The notes under the pieces were generated by a model. The model was not told where the DNA came from, searched no databases, and saw only the letters and a list, made by a program, of their open reading frames with translations. The translations under genes and the position numbers were made by a program. A stretch of 64,000 bases of DNA from positions 58,801-122,800 of the forward strand of contig CAVVXZ010000024.1 in the NCBI GenBank assembly GCA_963752175.1. Direction: 5' to 3'. The first letter of the stretch is position 1; the number at the start of each line of letters is the position of its first letter. Of the stretch, positions 38,728 to 47,709 are shown piece by piece. Origin of the DNA: an uncultured Acidobacteriaceae bacterium. GTDB taxonomy: Bacteria; Acidobacteriota; Terriglobia; Terriglobales; Acidobacteriaceae.

Positions 38728-38791
38728 CTCACAGCTTTTAGATCGATTTCCGCGGCTGGCCCTGAGGCCCCGCAAGAAGGAATTCAATACC

Positions 38792-38977
38792 ATGCCTAAT
38801 CCAAAACGGCGGCACTCACAAAAGCGCACTTCTACCCGGCGAGCCCACGACTCCCTGAAGGCCCACAGTCTGGCGGAGTGTCCCAACTGTCACGAGAAGA
38901 AGATGCCGCACCGCGCCTGCCCCAAGTGCGGTTACTATAAGGGACGCGAAGTCCTCGAAGTCAAAGAAGCCAGCTAA
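38792..38977 (+). CDS. rpmF: 50S ribosomal protein L32
   Basis: MPNPKRRHSQKRTSTRRAHDSLKAHSLAECPNCHEKKMPHRACPKCGYYKGREV. ORF 38642-38977 trimmed to the internal ATG. Confidence 0.95.
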   Translation: MPNPKRRHSQKRTSTRRAHDSLKAHSLAECPNCHEKKMPHRACPKCGYYKGREVLEVKEAS

Positions 38978-38989
38978 CGACAAAACACC

Positions 38990-40030
38990 ATGCCTAGCGT
39001 GATCGCGCTGGATGCGATGGGTTCCGATCGTGCTCCCAAGCCTGAGATTGAGGGCGCCATTCTTGCGGCGCGTCAATTCGGGATGCGGGTGCGCCTGGTC
39101 GGCCCGGAGAATGTGGTCAGGGCAGAACTGGATCGCCACTCGGCGGCCGCGCGCTTGCCCATCGAAATCGTCCACGCCAGCGAATTCATTACCATGGAAG
39201 ACAAGGTGGAGGCCATCCGCGCCAAGCGCGACTCTTCCATGCGGGTCGGCCTGCGCATGGTGCGCGAGGGACAGGCCGCCGGCTTCGTCACCGCCGGCAA
39301 CACGGGCGCAGCCATGGCAACCGCGAAAGTCGTGCTGGGTGCGGTTCCGGGCGTGGATCGTCCCGCGCTGGCAGCGGTTTTTCCGACCGCACCGGGAAAT
39401 CCGGCGATGCTGCTGGACGTCGGCGCAAACGTCGACTGCACGGCGCAGAATCTCGAACAGTTTGCCGTAATGGGCGACATTTATTTTCGCGCCATGTTCG
39501 GAAAGCGGCCCGGAACATCGGGGCCACGCGTCGGATTGCTCTCCATCGGCGAAGAAGAAAGCAAGGGCAACGACCTCACGCGCGAATCATTCCAGCTACT
39601 CAAACAACTCTCATTGAACTTTGTAGGAAACGTGGAAGGGCGCGACCTTTATAACGGCAAGGTCGATGTCATTGTGGCCGACGGGTTCGTGGGCAACGTC
39701 GCGCTCAAGATTTCTGAGGGCGTGGCGAACCTCGTCCGTACCGCGCTGAAAGAATCCCTGAAGGCGACGATCACCCGGCAAGTGGGAGCGCTGCTCTCGC
39801 GCAGCGCCTTCACTGACTTCAAGAAGCGGCTCGACCATACCGAATACGGCGGCGCACCGCTGCTGGGCGTGAAGGGCGCGTGCATCATCACGCATGGTTC
39901 GTCGAATGCCAACGCCATCAAGAATGCCGTGCGCGTGGCGGCAGAGTTTTCCGAGCGCGGGATTAACGGATCGATCGAGCGCGGCCTGGCCGCAGTACGG
40001 CCGGCCCCAGTCGGTGCCTTGTCATCCTGA
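38990..40030 (+). CDS. plsX: phosphate acyltransferase PlsX
   Basis: 346 aa with [22 protein letters not shown] and GFVGNVALK. The stop codon lies inside a family B repeat. Confidence 0.9.
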   Translation: MPSVIALDAMGSDRAPKPEIEGAILAARQFGMRVRLVGPENVVRAELDRHSAAARLPIEIVHASEFITMEDKVEAIRAKRDSSMRVGLRMVREGQAAGFVTAGNTGAAMATAKVVLGAVPGVDRPALAAVFPTAPGNPAMLLDVGANVDCTAQNLEQFAVMGDIYFRAMFGKRPGTSGPRVGLLSIGEEESKGNDLTRESFQLLKQLSLNFVGNVEGRDLYNGKVDVIVADGFVGNVALKISEGVANLVRTALKESLKATITRQVGALLSRSAFTDFKKRLDHTEYGGAPLLGVKGACIITHGSSNANAIKNAVRVAAEFSERGINGSIERGLAAVRPAPVGALSS

Positions 40031-40060
40031 CCGAAGCGAAGGACCTATGCAATTTGTCGT
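40021..40060. repeat. family B element, half copy overlapping the plsX stop
   Basis: GTCATCCTGACCGAAGCGAAGGACCTATGCAATTTGTCGT matches the left half of the 23801 copy. The TGA of plsX is the TGA of GTCATCCTGA. Confidence 0.75.
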
Positions 40061-40140
40061 CAGTGGATACGCCCGTTCCGTCTAGGCATCCTTTCGAGCA
40101 AATTGCACGCGCGGATAATAATAAAGCTCTAGATAACCTC

Positions 40141-41091
40141 ATGACTGAAAGCACAATCGCATTGCTCTTCCCCGGCCAGGGCTCACAGTCCGTCGGCATG
40201 GGCAAGGACCTGGCCGAAAAGTATCCGGTCGCCAGGAAAACCTTTGACGAGGCTGACGAGGCCCTCGGCTACAAGCTCTCCACCGTTTGCTTCGAAGGCC
40301 CCGAAGATCAGTTGCGTCTCACCGAGATCACGCAGCCCGCGATTCTTACCGTCTCGATCGCGGCTCTACGCGTGTTAGAAACGCGCGTCCCCAAGCCAAG
40401 CTACGTCGCTGGCCACAGCCTCGGCGAATATTCCGCGCACGTCGCATCCGGAACCTTCAGCTTTGCCGATGCCCTTCGCACCGTCCGCAATCGCGGCAAG
40501 TACATGCAGGAGGCCGTCCCCGTAGGAGTAGGCGCAATGGCCGCAATCCTCGGCATGGACGCCCCGAAAGTCACTGCTGTCTGCCACGACGCGGCACAAG
40601 GCGAAGTCTGCGAACCGGCCAACATCAACTCGCCGGAGCAGATCGTCATCTCCGGCAACACGGCAGCCGTCGAGCGCGCCGCGAAACTAGCCGACGAACG
40701 CGGCGCCAAGCGCGCCAAGCTCTTGCCCGTCAGCGCACCCTTCCATTGCTCGCTGATGAAGCCGGCTCAGGATCGGCTGGAAAAAGATCTTGACGCTCTC
40801 AAGCTGCAGAAGCCCGTCTACCCCATCGCCTGCAACGTAGAAGCCGCGCTTGTGACCGACGATCTCCGCGCCCGCGACACACTCGTTCGCCAAGTCACCG
40901 GATCAGTAAAGTGGGAACAGTGCATGCACCTTTTGATTGCGCAGGGCGTGCTGACATTCATCGAAGTCGGGCCAGGAAAAGTTCTCTGCGGGCTGATGCG
41001 GCAGATTGACCGCTCAAAATCCTGTGTCAATGTCAGCGATGACGCGTCGCTCACCAAGGCGCTGGAATCGCTGGCGAAGACACCCGTTTAA
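40141..41091 (+). CDS. fabD: malonyl CoA-ACP transacylase
   Basis: ORF 40054-41091 trimmed to MTESTIALLFPGQGSQSVGMG. Active-site motif GHSLGEYSA. Confidence 0.9.
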   Translation: MTESTIALLFPGQGSQSVGMGKDLAEKYPVARKTFDEADEALGYKLSTVCFEGPEDQLRLTEITQPAILTVSIAALRVLETRVPKPSYVAGHSLGEYSAHVASGTFSFADALRTVRNRGKYMQEAVPVGVGAMAAILGMDAPKVTAVCHDAAQGEVCEPANINSPEQIVISGNTAAVERAAKLADERGAKRAKLLPVSAPFHCSLMKPAQDRLEKDLDALKLQKPVYPIACNVEAALVTDDLRARDTLVRQVTGSVKWEQCMHLLIAQGVLTFIEVGPGKVLCGLMRQIDRSKSCVNVSDDASLTKALESLAKTPV

Positions 41092-41100
41092 ACGCCCCCT

Positions 41101-41559
41101 TCAGCGGAAGAGCAATTCACAAGGCGGATAACTCAACGTCTTGTCAGACTTCTCCACCCACACCTGCGCATGCTGCGTGCGGTCATTCACGATCACATCG
41201 ACAACCACGCCGGTGCCGCCGCCCGGGCAGGTGCTCGCAGCGTACACTTTTTGGGTCTTGATGAGTCCCCATTCTCCGCCAGGGCCCCAGTCGCGATAGA
41301 ACTCGTTGAACGGATATTTCGCATGCTGGTCAGGATGCTGTTCCCACTGCGGATCGTGCATCCAGATGCCATAGGCCGTCTTGTAATCCTGCCGCTGCAG
41401 AGCATCAAAAAAGTGTCCCACGATGCGTTCCTGTGGATAGTAGCGGAGCCACCATCCGAGGCCGAGCACAATCAACATGATCACGATCGCCGAGATGATC
41501 CGCCGCTTGCGTTTGCGCCCTTTTTCCGGGTCGTACTCTTGCGCGTCCAGAAGTGTCAT
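41101..41559 (-). CDS. hypothetical membrane-anchored protein
   Basis: 152 aa. Basic N-terminus, one TM span (IISAIVIMLIVLGLGWWL), then a Trp/His-rich soluble domain. No family recognised. Confidence 0.55.
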   Translation of the reverse strand: MTLLDAQEYDPEKGRKRKRRIISAIVIMLIVLGLGWWLRYYPQERIVGHFFDALQRQDYKTAYGIWMHDPQWEQHPDQHAKYPFNEFYRDWGPGGEWGLIKTQKVYAASTCPGGGTGVVVDVIVNDRTQHAQVWVEKSDKTLSYPPCELLFR

Positions 41560-41653
41560 ACTCCTCTAGCATAACGGACACGGTGGACAAGTCAAAAGTT
41601 CCCGGGTAATGTACGGCCTAAATGTGCCTCGAAAGACCGCATCGGAAAGCAAA

Positions 41654-42055
41654 ATGGAGTACGTGATCGGATTGGCACTCGCGTTGGCTGTGGCAGGAGC
41701 GGCCACTATGATTGGCCTTGACCGCGAGCGATCCTTCTATCCCACCGTTCTCATAGTCATTGCCTCGTATTACGTGTTGTTTGCCGTGATGGGCGGGTCC
41801 GGGCAGACGCTCGCAATTGAAATCCTGGTTGCCTGCGGATTCTCATTGCTTGCCATGCTCGGCTTCAAGAAAAACCTCTGGCTTGTAGCCGCCGCCATGG
41901 TTGGACATGGCGCCTTTGACCTCGTTCACCACTTCTTGATTGAAAATCCCGGTGTCCCGCATTGGTGGCCCGGATTCTGCCTGGCATTCGATGCAGTGGC
42001 CGGAGGCTGGTTCGCAGCGCGCCTCATCATGCGCAAGCGCACAGGCGCCACCTAG
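41654..42055 (+). CDS. hypothetical 4-TM membrane protein
   Basis: ORF 41609-42055 trimmed to MEYVIGLALALAVAG. Four hydrophobic spans. Confidence 0.55.
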   Translation: MEYVIGLALALAVAGAATMIGLDRERSFYPTVLIVIASYYVLFAVMGGSGQTLAIEILVACGFSLLAMLGFKKNLWLVAAAMVGHGAFDLVHHFLIENPGVPHWWPGFCLAFDAVAGGWFAARLIMRKRTGAT

Positions 42056-42072
42056 CGCACTGCAGCCTTCGC

Positions 42073-43185
42073 CTACAAGGTTCGCTTGAACAACGGGATC
42101 GCAACCCCCAGCGTGACCGCCGCGAAGACGGAGAGAAACAGCATGTCTCCCCAAACGGCGGAAAGGGACGTCTCCTTAAGCAGCAGGCATTTAAATCCAT
42201 CAACCGCATAAGTAAACGGATCGCACTTCGCAATCGCCCGCAGCCACGGCGGAAACGCCTGGATGGGATAGACCGAACCGCTGGGAAAGAACAGAAGCGT
42301 ATTGAGAATACCGAACATGGCGCGCGGTACCAGCGGATCTTCGATGCGCACCATCAGCAGGAACATCATCGTATTGAAGGCCAGCGAGGTCAGCACGATC
42401 ATGATTAGCAGCCCGAACATGGTCACGGGATTGAAAATCGTTCCCACCCCCGCCATCATGGATCCGATTCCCACAATAATCACGCCGGTCATGACGGCCT
42501 TGATCGCACCCGCAAGGTTCAGCCCCAGCACCAGTTCGAGCTTCGTGATCGGCGTTACCAGGTAACCCTCGTGCACACCGCGCGCCTTGTCGTCGATATA
42601 AAGCATGCCCCCGCCGATCATCACCGACACGAACATCGCCAGCACCAGCGACCCCGGCAGCAAGTACTTCATATACTCGATGTAGGGGTAGAGTTCGACG
42701 ATATCGAGCGCCGTCTGCTGCAAAATGCGCGGCGAGACCGTGGGCTGATTGAGCGAGTTGGTCAGGTCCGACAACTCGGCTTCGACCGCGGAACTCATGA
42801 AGTTGTCGCTGTTGTCGACGACCAGGGCGATGCGCGGATGGTTCTCCTCATACACGCGGCGCGAGAACTGCGGCGGAATGATGACCGCGCCTTCCAGCTT
42901 ACCGTTGCGCACATCTTCCATGGCCTGCCGGTCGCTATCGTAGGAGATCGGAACAAAGGTGCGAATGTTGGCGCGGACGGAATCGAAGGCCTCGCGGACT
43001 CGCAACGCCTGAGGCCCGCCATCCTGGTCGACGATGGCGACGCGAGCATCGCGAATCTTTCCTCCGAACGCGTTGCCCAGAATGATCAACTGCACGAGCG
43101 GAAAAATCATCGACGCCAGCATCAGCGCCGGCGAGCGGAAGAACTTGCGCATCTCGCGCTCGACAATCGCCATCATTCGATTCAT
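42073..43185 (-). CDS. ABC-2 type transporter permease
   Basis: 370 aa. MNRMMAIVEREMRKFFRSPALMLASMIFPLVQL, a large periplasmic loop, then five C-terminal TM spans. Confidence 0.85.
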   Translation of the reverse strand: MNRMMAIVEREMRKFFRSPALMLASMIFPLVQLIILGNAFGGKIRDARVAIVDQDGGPQALRVREAFDSVRANIRTFVPISYDSDRQAMEDVRNGKLEGAVIIPPQFSRRVYEENHPRIALVVDNSDNFMSSAVEAELSDLTNSLNQPTVSPRILQQTALDIVELYPYIEYMKYLLPGSLVLAMFVSVMIGGGMLYIDDKARGVHEGYLVTPITKLELVLGLNLAGAIKAVMTGVIIVGIGSMMAGVGTIFNPVTMFGLLIMIVLTSLAFNTMMFLLMVRIEDPLVPRAMFGILNTLLFFPSGSVYPIQAFPPWLRAIAKCDPFTYAVDGFKCLLLKETSLSAVWGDMLFLSVFAAVTLGVAIPLFKRTL

Positions 43186-43186
43186 A

Positions 43187-43647
43187 AGTCAGTCCTGAGT
43201 CCCAAGTCCTGAGTCGCGAGTTCGTTCCTGCTCCTTCAAAGAGTTGATCAGCCCGCTCAATGTGCGCCCTAGTTCATCGGTCTTTGAGAGAGTTGGGTCG
43301 TAGTTTCCGCCGGCAGATACTGGCGCTGCTGAGCAATCAGAACCTGCGTTTCGATCTCTGCAAGAGATCCGCGGGCATGGCGCAGAAATCTCACAAAGTC
43401 ACGATTGGAGTAGTGAGCCTTGCCCTCAGCAATGTTGCTGGGAACCGAGACAGCCGCACGTCGGAGTTGGCTGGTAAGGCCGAACTGTTCATGCGATGGA
43501 AACCGTTCTGAAGAGTCGTAGACCATCGCCACGAGTTCCACGCCCTTCCGCCATGCAATTAAGTCCTTGTAACTATTCTGACTCATAGAGGCTTTCAACT
43601 ACGCCACCCCTACCTCTCGCGGCTCGGGACTCAGGACTCACGACTCT
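43187..43647. mobile_element. inverted-repeat-bounded cassette carrying a four-helix-bundle gene, inserted between the ABC ATPase and permease genes
   Basis: The left end AGTCAGTCCTGAGTCCCAAGTCCTGAGTCGCGAG (43187-43220) and the reverse complement of the right end GAGTCGTGAGTCCTGAGTCCCGAGCCGCGAG (43616-43647) share AGTCCTGAGTCCC.AG...CGCGAG. The cassette fills exactly the gap between stop 43648 and start 43185. Mobility is inferred, not shown. Confidence 0.45.
43269..43598 (-). CDS. four-helix-bundle protein (23S rRNA intervening-sequence protein / Avd-like family)
   Basis: 109 aa. SYKDLIAWRKGVELVAMVY...FPSHEQFGLTSQLRRAAVSVPSNIAEGKAHYSNRDFVRFLRHARGSLAEIETQVLIA is the classic pattern of this family. 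Confidence 0.8.
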   Translation of the reverse strand: MKASMSQNSYKDLIAWRKGVELVAMVYDSSERFPSHEQFGLTSQLRRAAVSVPSNIAEGKAHYSNRDFVRFLRHARGSLAEIETQVLIAQQRQYLPAETTTQLSQRPMN

Positions 43648-44733
43648 TCATGGCTGCAATCCCGGCCGCTGCGGCATCACGAACGCATACGCCTTCTGCA
43701 ACTCGTCCCGAAGCTGCCGCCCCGTATAGTGCACGAAAACGTCGTCAAGCGTGGTGTTCTGCACCGAAAGCGACTTCACCGGAACCTTGCTCTGCACGGC
43801 CATCTCAACCAACTGGGTCGTGGTAAGCGAACCATTGCCAGTCAATACGCGATACATCCCCGCGCCTTCGTGCTGTACCGAGGTGACTTCACTGAGCTCG
43901 TGCAGCCGCTGTTCCCAGTCAGTGGGAGGGTTCTCGAACTGCGCTTCAATCACGTTCGATCCCGGCACGCTCGCCTTCAGCGCCGCCGGGGCGTCGAGCG
44001 CAACCAACTTGCCATGATCGACAATCGCAATGCGGTCGCACAAACGGTCGGCTTCGTCCATGTAGTGCGTCGTGATGAGAATAGTCAACTGCCGGTGCTC
44101 CTTGATGTTTCCCAACATCTCCCACACCGCGACGCGAGATACCGGATCGAGTCCTGTGGTCGGCTCGTCCAGGAAAAAGATCCGCGGATGGTGCACCAGG
44201 CCGCGCGCAATTTCCAGCCGCCGCCGCATGCCACCGGAGAGTGTCTTGGTGGCCGCATCGCGCCACTTCGTCAGGTCGACCAGTTCCAGCAGTTCGTCAA
44301 TCGATTTCTTGCGCTCCTTCGCCGGAACGTCGTAGAGCTTGGCATAAATATTCATGTTCTCCTCGACGGTCAAGTCAAGGTCGCTGGTCAGGGCCTGCGG
44401 AATCACGCCAATCATGCGCCGCGCGGCATTCGGCTCTTTGGCGACGTCGTGCCCGGCGATGCGCGCTTTGCCCGAAGTGATGGGGATCAGCGTCGTCATC
44501 ATGCGGATCAGCGTCGACTTACCTGCCCCGTTCGGGCCGAGCAGTCCGAAGATCTCTCCCTCCGTCACCTTGAATGAAACATCATCGACCGCGGTGAAGT
44601 CTCCGTACTTCTTGACGATGTGGTCGACCTCAATCGCGGATGGCGCCGTGGGATCGTAGACAGGCTTCTCCAGCGTGACCGCTGTGCTGGCAGGAGCCTC
44701 GTCATTCGGTTTGGGAGTGAACTCCGCCATCAT
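43648..44733 (-). CDS. ABC transporter ATP-binding protein (DrrA/ABC-2 type)
   Basis: Walker A GPNGAGKST, signature LSGGMRRR, Walker B IFFLDEPTTGLD. A 4-nt overlap with the hlyD-like gene. Confidence 0.9.
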   Translation of the reverse strand: MMAEFTPKPNDEAPASTAVTLEKPVYDPTAPSAIEVDHIVKKYGDFTAVDDVSFKVTEGEIFGLLGPNGAGKSTLIRMMTTLIPITSGKARIAGHDVAKEPNAARRMIGVIPQALTSDLDLTVEENMNIYAKLYDVPAKERKKSIDELLELVDLTKWRDAATKTLSGGMRRRLEIARGLVHHPRIFFLDEPTTGLDPVSRVAVWEMLGNIKEHRQLTILITTHYMDEADRLCDRIAIVDHGKLVALDAPAALKASVPGSNVIEAQFENPPTDWEQRLHELSEVTSVQHEGAGMYRVLTGNGSLTTTQLVEMAVQSKVPVKSLSVQNTTLDDVFVHYTGRQLRDELQKAYAFVMPQRPGLQP

Positions 44734-45827
44734 CGCTGCTCCGCGGCTGCCGCACTCTGCGTACCGCCGGCCTTCAATTGCTCGGGCGAGACCAACACCT
44801 CCGCAGTCATACCGGGAACGAACGCGCCCTTCGGATTCTCCAGGCGGACTTTCAGCACGATGGTCCTGATGTCACGCTTGCGCCGGCTCACATCGCGTTG
44901 CGTGGCGAAGTCCCCTTCGACGCCTTTGAAGAAAACTTTGCCGTTCACGACGGTTCCCCCTGGCAGACGCACGCGCAGCACGTCGCCGTAGCCGATGTGG
45001 TCCGCATAGGTTTCGGGAATCGCGGCCCGCGCCCATGTGTCATTCAAATCGACGATGGTCACGATGGGTGCGCCGATGTTGACCACTTCTCCCTGGCGTG
45101 CGGCGCGCACCGACACCGTTCCGTCGACAGGAGCGTAGACATTCGTGTAGCCTAGGCGGACCGCCGCCTGATTCTTCTGCGCGATGGCGCTCTTCACATC
45201 CGCTTCGGTCGAGGCCACCGTGCTCTTCGCCGCATTCGCCTGCTGGGTGCGCGCAATGGCCGCATTCAAATCAGCCTCGGCGGCCCGAACCAGTTCCTGC
45301 TGCGCCTGCACGATGGCCTGAGCCGCCTGCAAGTTCGTTTCGGCCTGCACGCGCTCCTGGTCCGATGCGATCCCCGCTTTCGCCAACTCGATGGCACGGC
45401 GGCTGTCGCTCGAGGTGCGGTCCAACTGGGCCTTCGCCTGCATCAGTTGCGCCTTGGCTGACGACAACTTCGCCTGCGCGTTCGCTACATCGCTCGAAGT
45501 CGACCCCTGGGTCGACTGTTCGGTGTGCTGCATCTCCGCCACCTTGTGCTGCAGGCTGGAGATCGTTGCTGTTGCTGCAGCCTCTTGCGCTTGCAGCTCC
45601 GACGGATCGAGCACCGCAATCAGGTCTCCGGCTTTCACCGGCGTGCCTTCATCCACAAGTAGTTTCTGGATGCGGCCGCTGACCTGGGCGCTCACAATTA
45701 CCTGGTTGGCGTCGACCGTGCCAATCAGCACCAGGTCGCGTGAATGGTCGGTGGAGAAATAGTAGTAGGTCGCGGCCATCGCGAAGATGATTCCGAGAAG
45801 AACGAAAAACTTGTTACGCGCGCTCAT
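44730..45827 (-). CDS. HlyD-family membrane fusion protein
   Basis: The 621-aa ORF 44730-46595 is trimmed to MSARNKFFVLLGIIFAMAATYYYF (cat at 45825-45827). Lipoyl-like VSGRIQKLLVDEGTPVKAGDLIAVLD, a long coiled coil and a beta-barrel tail. Confidence 0.85.
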   Translation of the reverse strand: MSARNKFFVLLGIIFAMAATYYYFSTDHSRDLVLIGTVDANQVIVSAQVSGRIQKLLVDEGTPVKAGDLIAVLDPSELQAQEAAATATISSLQHKVAEMQHTEQSTQGSTSSDVANAQAKLSSAKAQLMQAKAQLDRTSSDSRRAIELAKAGIASDQERVQAETNLQAAQAIVQAQQELVRAAEADLNAAIARTQQANAAKSTVASTEADVKSAIAQKNQAAVRLGYTNVYAPVDGTVSVRAARQGEVVNIGAPIVTIVDLNDTWARAAIPETYADHIGYGDVLRVRLPGGTVVNGKVFFKGVEGDFATQRDVSRRKRDIRTIVLKVRLENPKGAFVPGMTAEVLVSPEQLKAGGTQSAAAAEQR

Positions 45828-46522
45828 GAGCGTGCTCCTTGCGTGGCGTTCGGTTTTGGGCGGAACAACGCGGCCGAAATGAAATCCAGCACGGCGGCGC
45901 GGCGTTCCGCGATCCGCTCCGGGGTCATCGGATTGAAGCCAACAATTCTCTGCATCATGGGCGCGCTGCTGAAATAAAACACAATCATCGCGACCATCGA
46001 TGGCACAAAATGTACAGGGCTTACCGGACGAAATTCGCCATCCGCGGTTCCTTTGCGGATCAGGTCGGCGACCCGGGCAAAAATCGGCTGAATATAGGTC
46101 TTGACGACTTTGTCGATGTGCGGCGACTGCCCTTCGCGAGCCCGCATCATCTCGCGCTGCATCAGCCGCGGATAGAGCTGGTTCGAGGCAATGAAATCGA
46201 AGTAAGCGCCGGCATAGGCCATGATCTTCTCGCGGGGAGGCAGGTCGCCGTCGAGCACGCGAAAAACGGTATTCTTCAAGCCAGAAAACGCGTCGTCGAG
46301 CACGGCGCCATAGAGCGTTTCTTTGTCCTTGAAGTAGTAATACAGAAGCGCCTTGTTGACGCGGGCTTCGCGCGCGATGGCGTCCGTCCGGGCCCCTGCA
46401 ATGCCGTGCTCGGCGAACTCCTGCGCGGCGGCCTGCAGGATCGCTGCACGGCTCTCCTCCGGCTGGCCGCGGGAGCCCATGCGGCGGTGCAGAACATGAC
46501 GGTGATGAAAGAGTCGAGCCAT
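45824..46522 (-). CDS. TetR/AcrR family transcriptional regulator
   Basis: HTH region ILQAAAQEFAEHGIAGARTDAIAREARVNKALLYYYF. Its stop overlaps the hlyD-like start (ATGA). Confidence 0.85.
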   Translation of the reverse strand: MARLFHHRHVLHRRMGSRGQPEESRAAILQAAAQEFAEHGIAGARTDAIAREARVNKALLYYYFKDKETLYGAVLDDAFSGLKNTVFRVLDGDLPPREKIMAYAGAYFDFIASNQLYPRLMQREMMRAREGQSPHIDKVVKTYIQPIFARVADLIRKGTADGEFRPVSPVHFVPSMVAMIVFYFSSAPMMQRIVGFNPMTPERIAERRAAVLDFISAALFRPKPNATQGARS

Positions 46523-46526
46523 TAAT

Positions 46527-46540
46527 TAACCAGTTAGTTA
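46527..46540. promoter_or_regulatory. imperfect palindrome TAACCAGTTAGTTA next to TTAATTAA, candidate TetR operator
   Basis: An AT-rich patch immediately upstream of the tetR start. 5 of 7 positions are palindromic. Function is inferred. Confidence 0.2.
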
Positions 46541-46640
46541 GATTATACACCACCCTGTCAAGATCCGAAATCTCCCGATTCCACCGTTCTTCCATCCTCC
46601 TCTCATGTTCTAATACCCCTGCGAAGCACTTCGCATTGGG

Positions 46641-46674
46641 CTTCCTTCGTGAACCTTCGTGTCCTTAGTGGTTT
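46641..46674. repeat. family A element, single arm (reverse orientation)
   Basis: CTTCCTTCGTGAACCTTCGTGTCCTTAGTGGTTT. Confidence 0.75.
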
Positions 46675-46708
46675 TTCGCTCTTCGATCATGCTCAAGGGG
46701 ACCATTCC

Positions 46709-47701
46709 ATGAAACGGCTGCCGATGTTACTCGCACTTCTCTGCACAATCAGCATTGTCCCTGTCTCAGCGAATTCCCAAACCCCGCAAAAACCTGATCG
46801 CCAGGTTGCCATCACCATTGACGATCTTCCTGCCGGAATGGCCGACCGCTTGCCCGCGGCCGACATCACCGCAATGACCACAAAGTTGCTGGGCACGTTG
46901 CGCGACCAGAAGATCCCTGTGGTCGGTTTCGTCAACGAAAAGAAGCTCTATAAGGCGGGCGAGGTCGACGCGCGCATCAAGGCTCTCCAGATGTGGCTTG
47001 ACTACGGCTTCGAACTGGGGAACCACACCTTCAGCCACGCGTCGCTAAACCAAGTTGGATTGAAGGCCTGGGAAGACGAGGTGATTCAGGGCGAGAGTGT
47101 GACCCGCATGCTGCTCGCGCCACGCAAGATGAAGCTGCGCTATTTCCGGCATCCATATCTCGACACCGGACGCGACCTGCAGACGCGGCGCGAAGCGGAA
47201 GCGTTTCTGGTGGAGCGCGGGTACCGCATTGCTCCCATCACGCTCGACGGATGGGATTGGATGTTCGCCGGACTCTACGAAGACGCCAAGCAGCGCAACG
47301 ACACCGCGCTCCAGCAGCAGATCGTAAAGGAGTATCTCGCATATCATGACGCGGCCATCGCCTATGCCGAGCAGCTCTCGAAACAAGTTATCGGCTACGA
47401 ACCGAAGCAGATCCTGCTGCTGCACGCCAGCAACTTGGAAGCCGACCACATCGGAGAACTGCTCGACGTTCTGCGCAAGCGAGGCTACCGCTTCATCACC
47501 CTGGAAGACGCGCTCGGCGACCAAGCCTACAGTCTGCCCGACACCTATGTTGGAGAAGAAGGTACAAGTTGGATCGATCACTGGGCGATTACCCAGGGCA
47601 AGATTCCCCAGGGTGCTCCGCCATTTCCGCAGTGGGTGATCGAGCGGACGAAGCAACTGCATCTTTCGACCGGACAAGTATCGGCGGAGCCAGCTCCCTG
47701 A
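46709..47701 (+). CDS. secreted polysaccharide deacetylase (NodB homology) family protein
   Basis: ORF 46649-47701 trimmed to MKRLPMLLALLCTISIVPVSA. Motifs VAITIDDLP, GNHTFSH and FRHPYLD. Confidence 0.8.
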   Translation: MKRLPMLLALLCTISIVPVSANSQTPQKPDRQVAITIDDLPAGMADRLPAADITAMTTKLLGTLRDQKIPVVGFVNEKKLYKAGEVDARIKALQMWLDYGFELGNHTFSHASLNQVGLKAWEDEVIQGESVTRMLLAPRKMKLRYFRHPYLDTGRDLQTRREAEAFLVERGYRIAPITLDGWDWMFAGLYEDAKQRNDTALQQQIVKEYLAYHDAAIAYAEQLSKQVIGYEPKQILLLHASNLEADHIGELLDVLRKRGYRFITLEDALGDQAYSLPDTYVGEEGTSWIDHWAITQGKIPQGAPPFPQWVIERTKQLHLSTGQVSAEPAP

Positions 47702-47709
47702 GCGGACTC

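Noticed and set aside
41675-41695. Sigma-54-like TGGCAC-N5-TTGG sequence
   Set aside because: It lies inside the coding region of the 4-TM protein, and the -12 element is GG rather than GC.
45828-46595. N-terminal 256 codons of the 621-aa ORF 44730-46595
   Set aside because: This stretch overlaps the TetR gene in another frame and is Arg/Pro/Gly-rich. The HlyD-like protein starts at the internal MSARNKFF, with an ATGA overlap to tetR.
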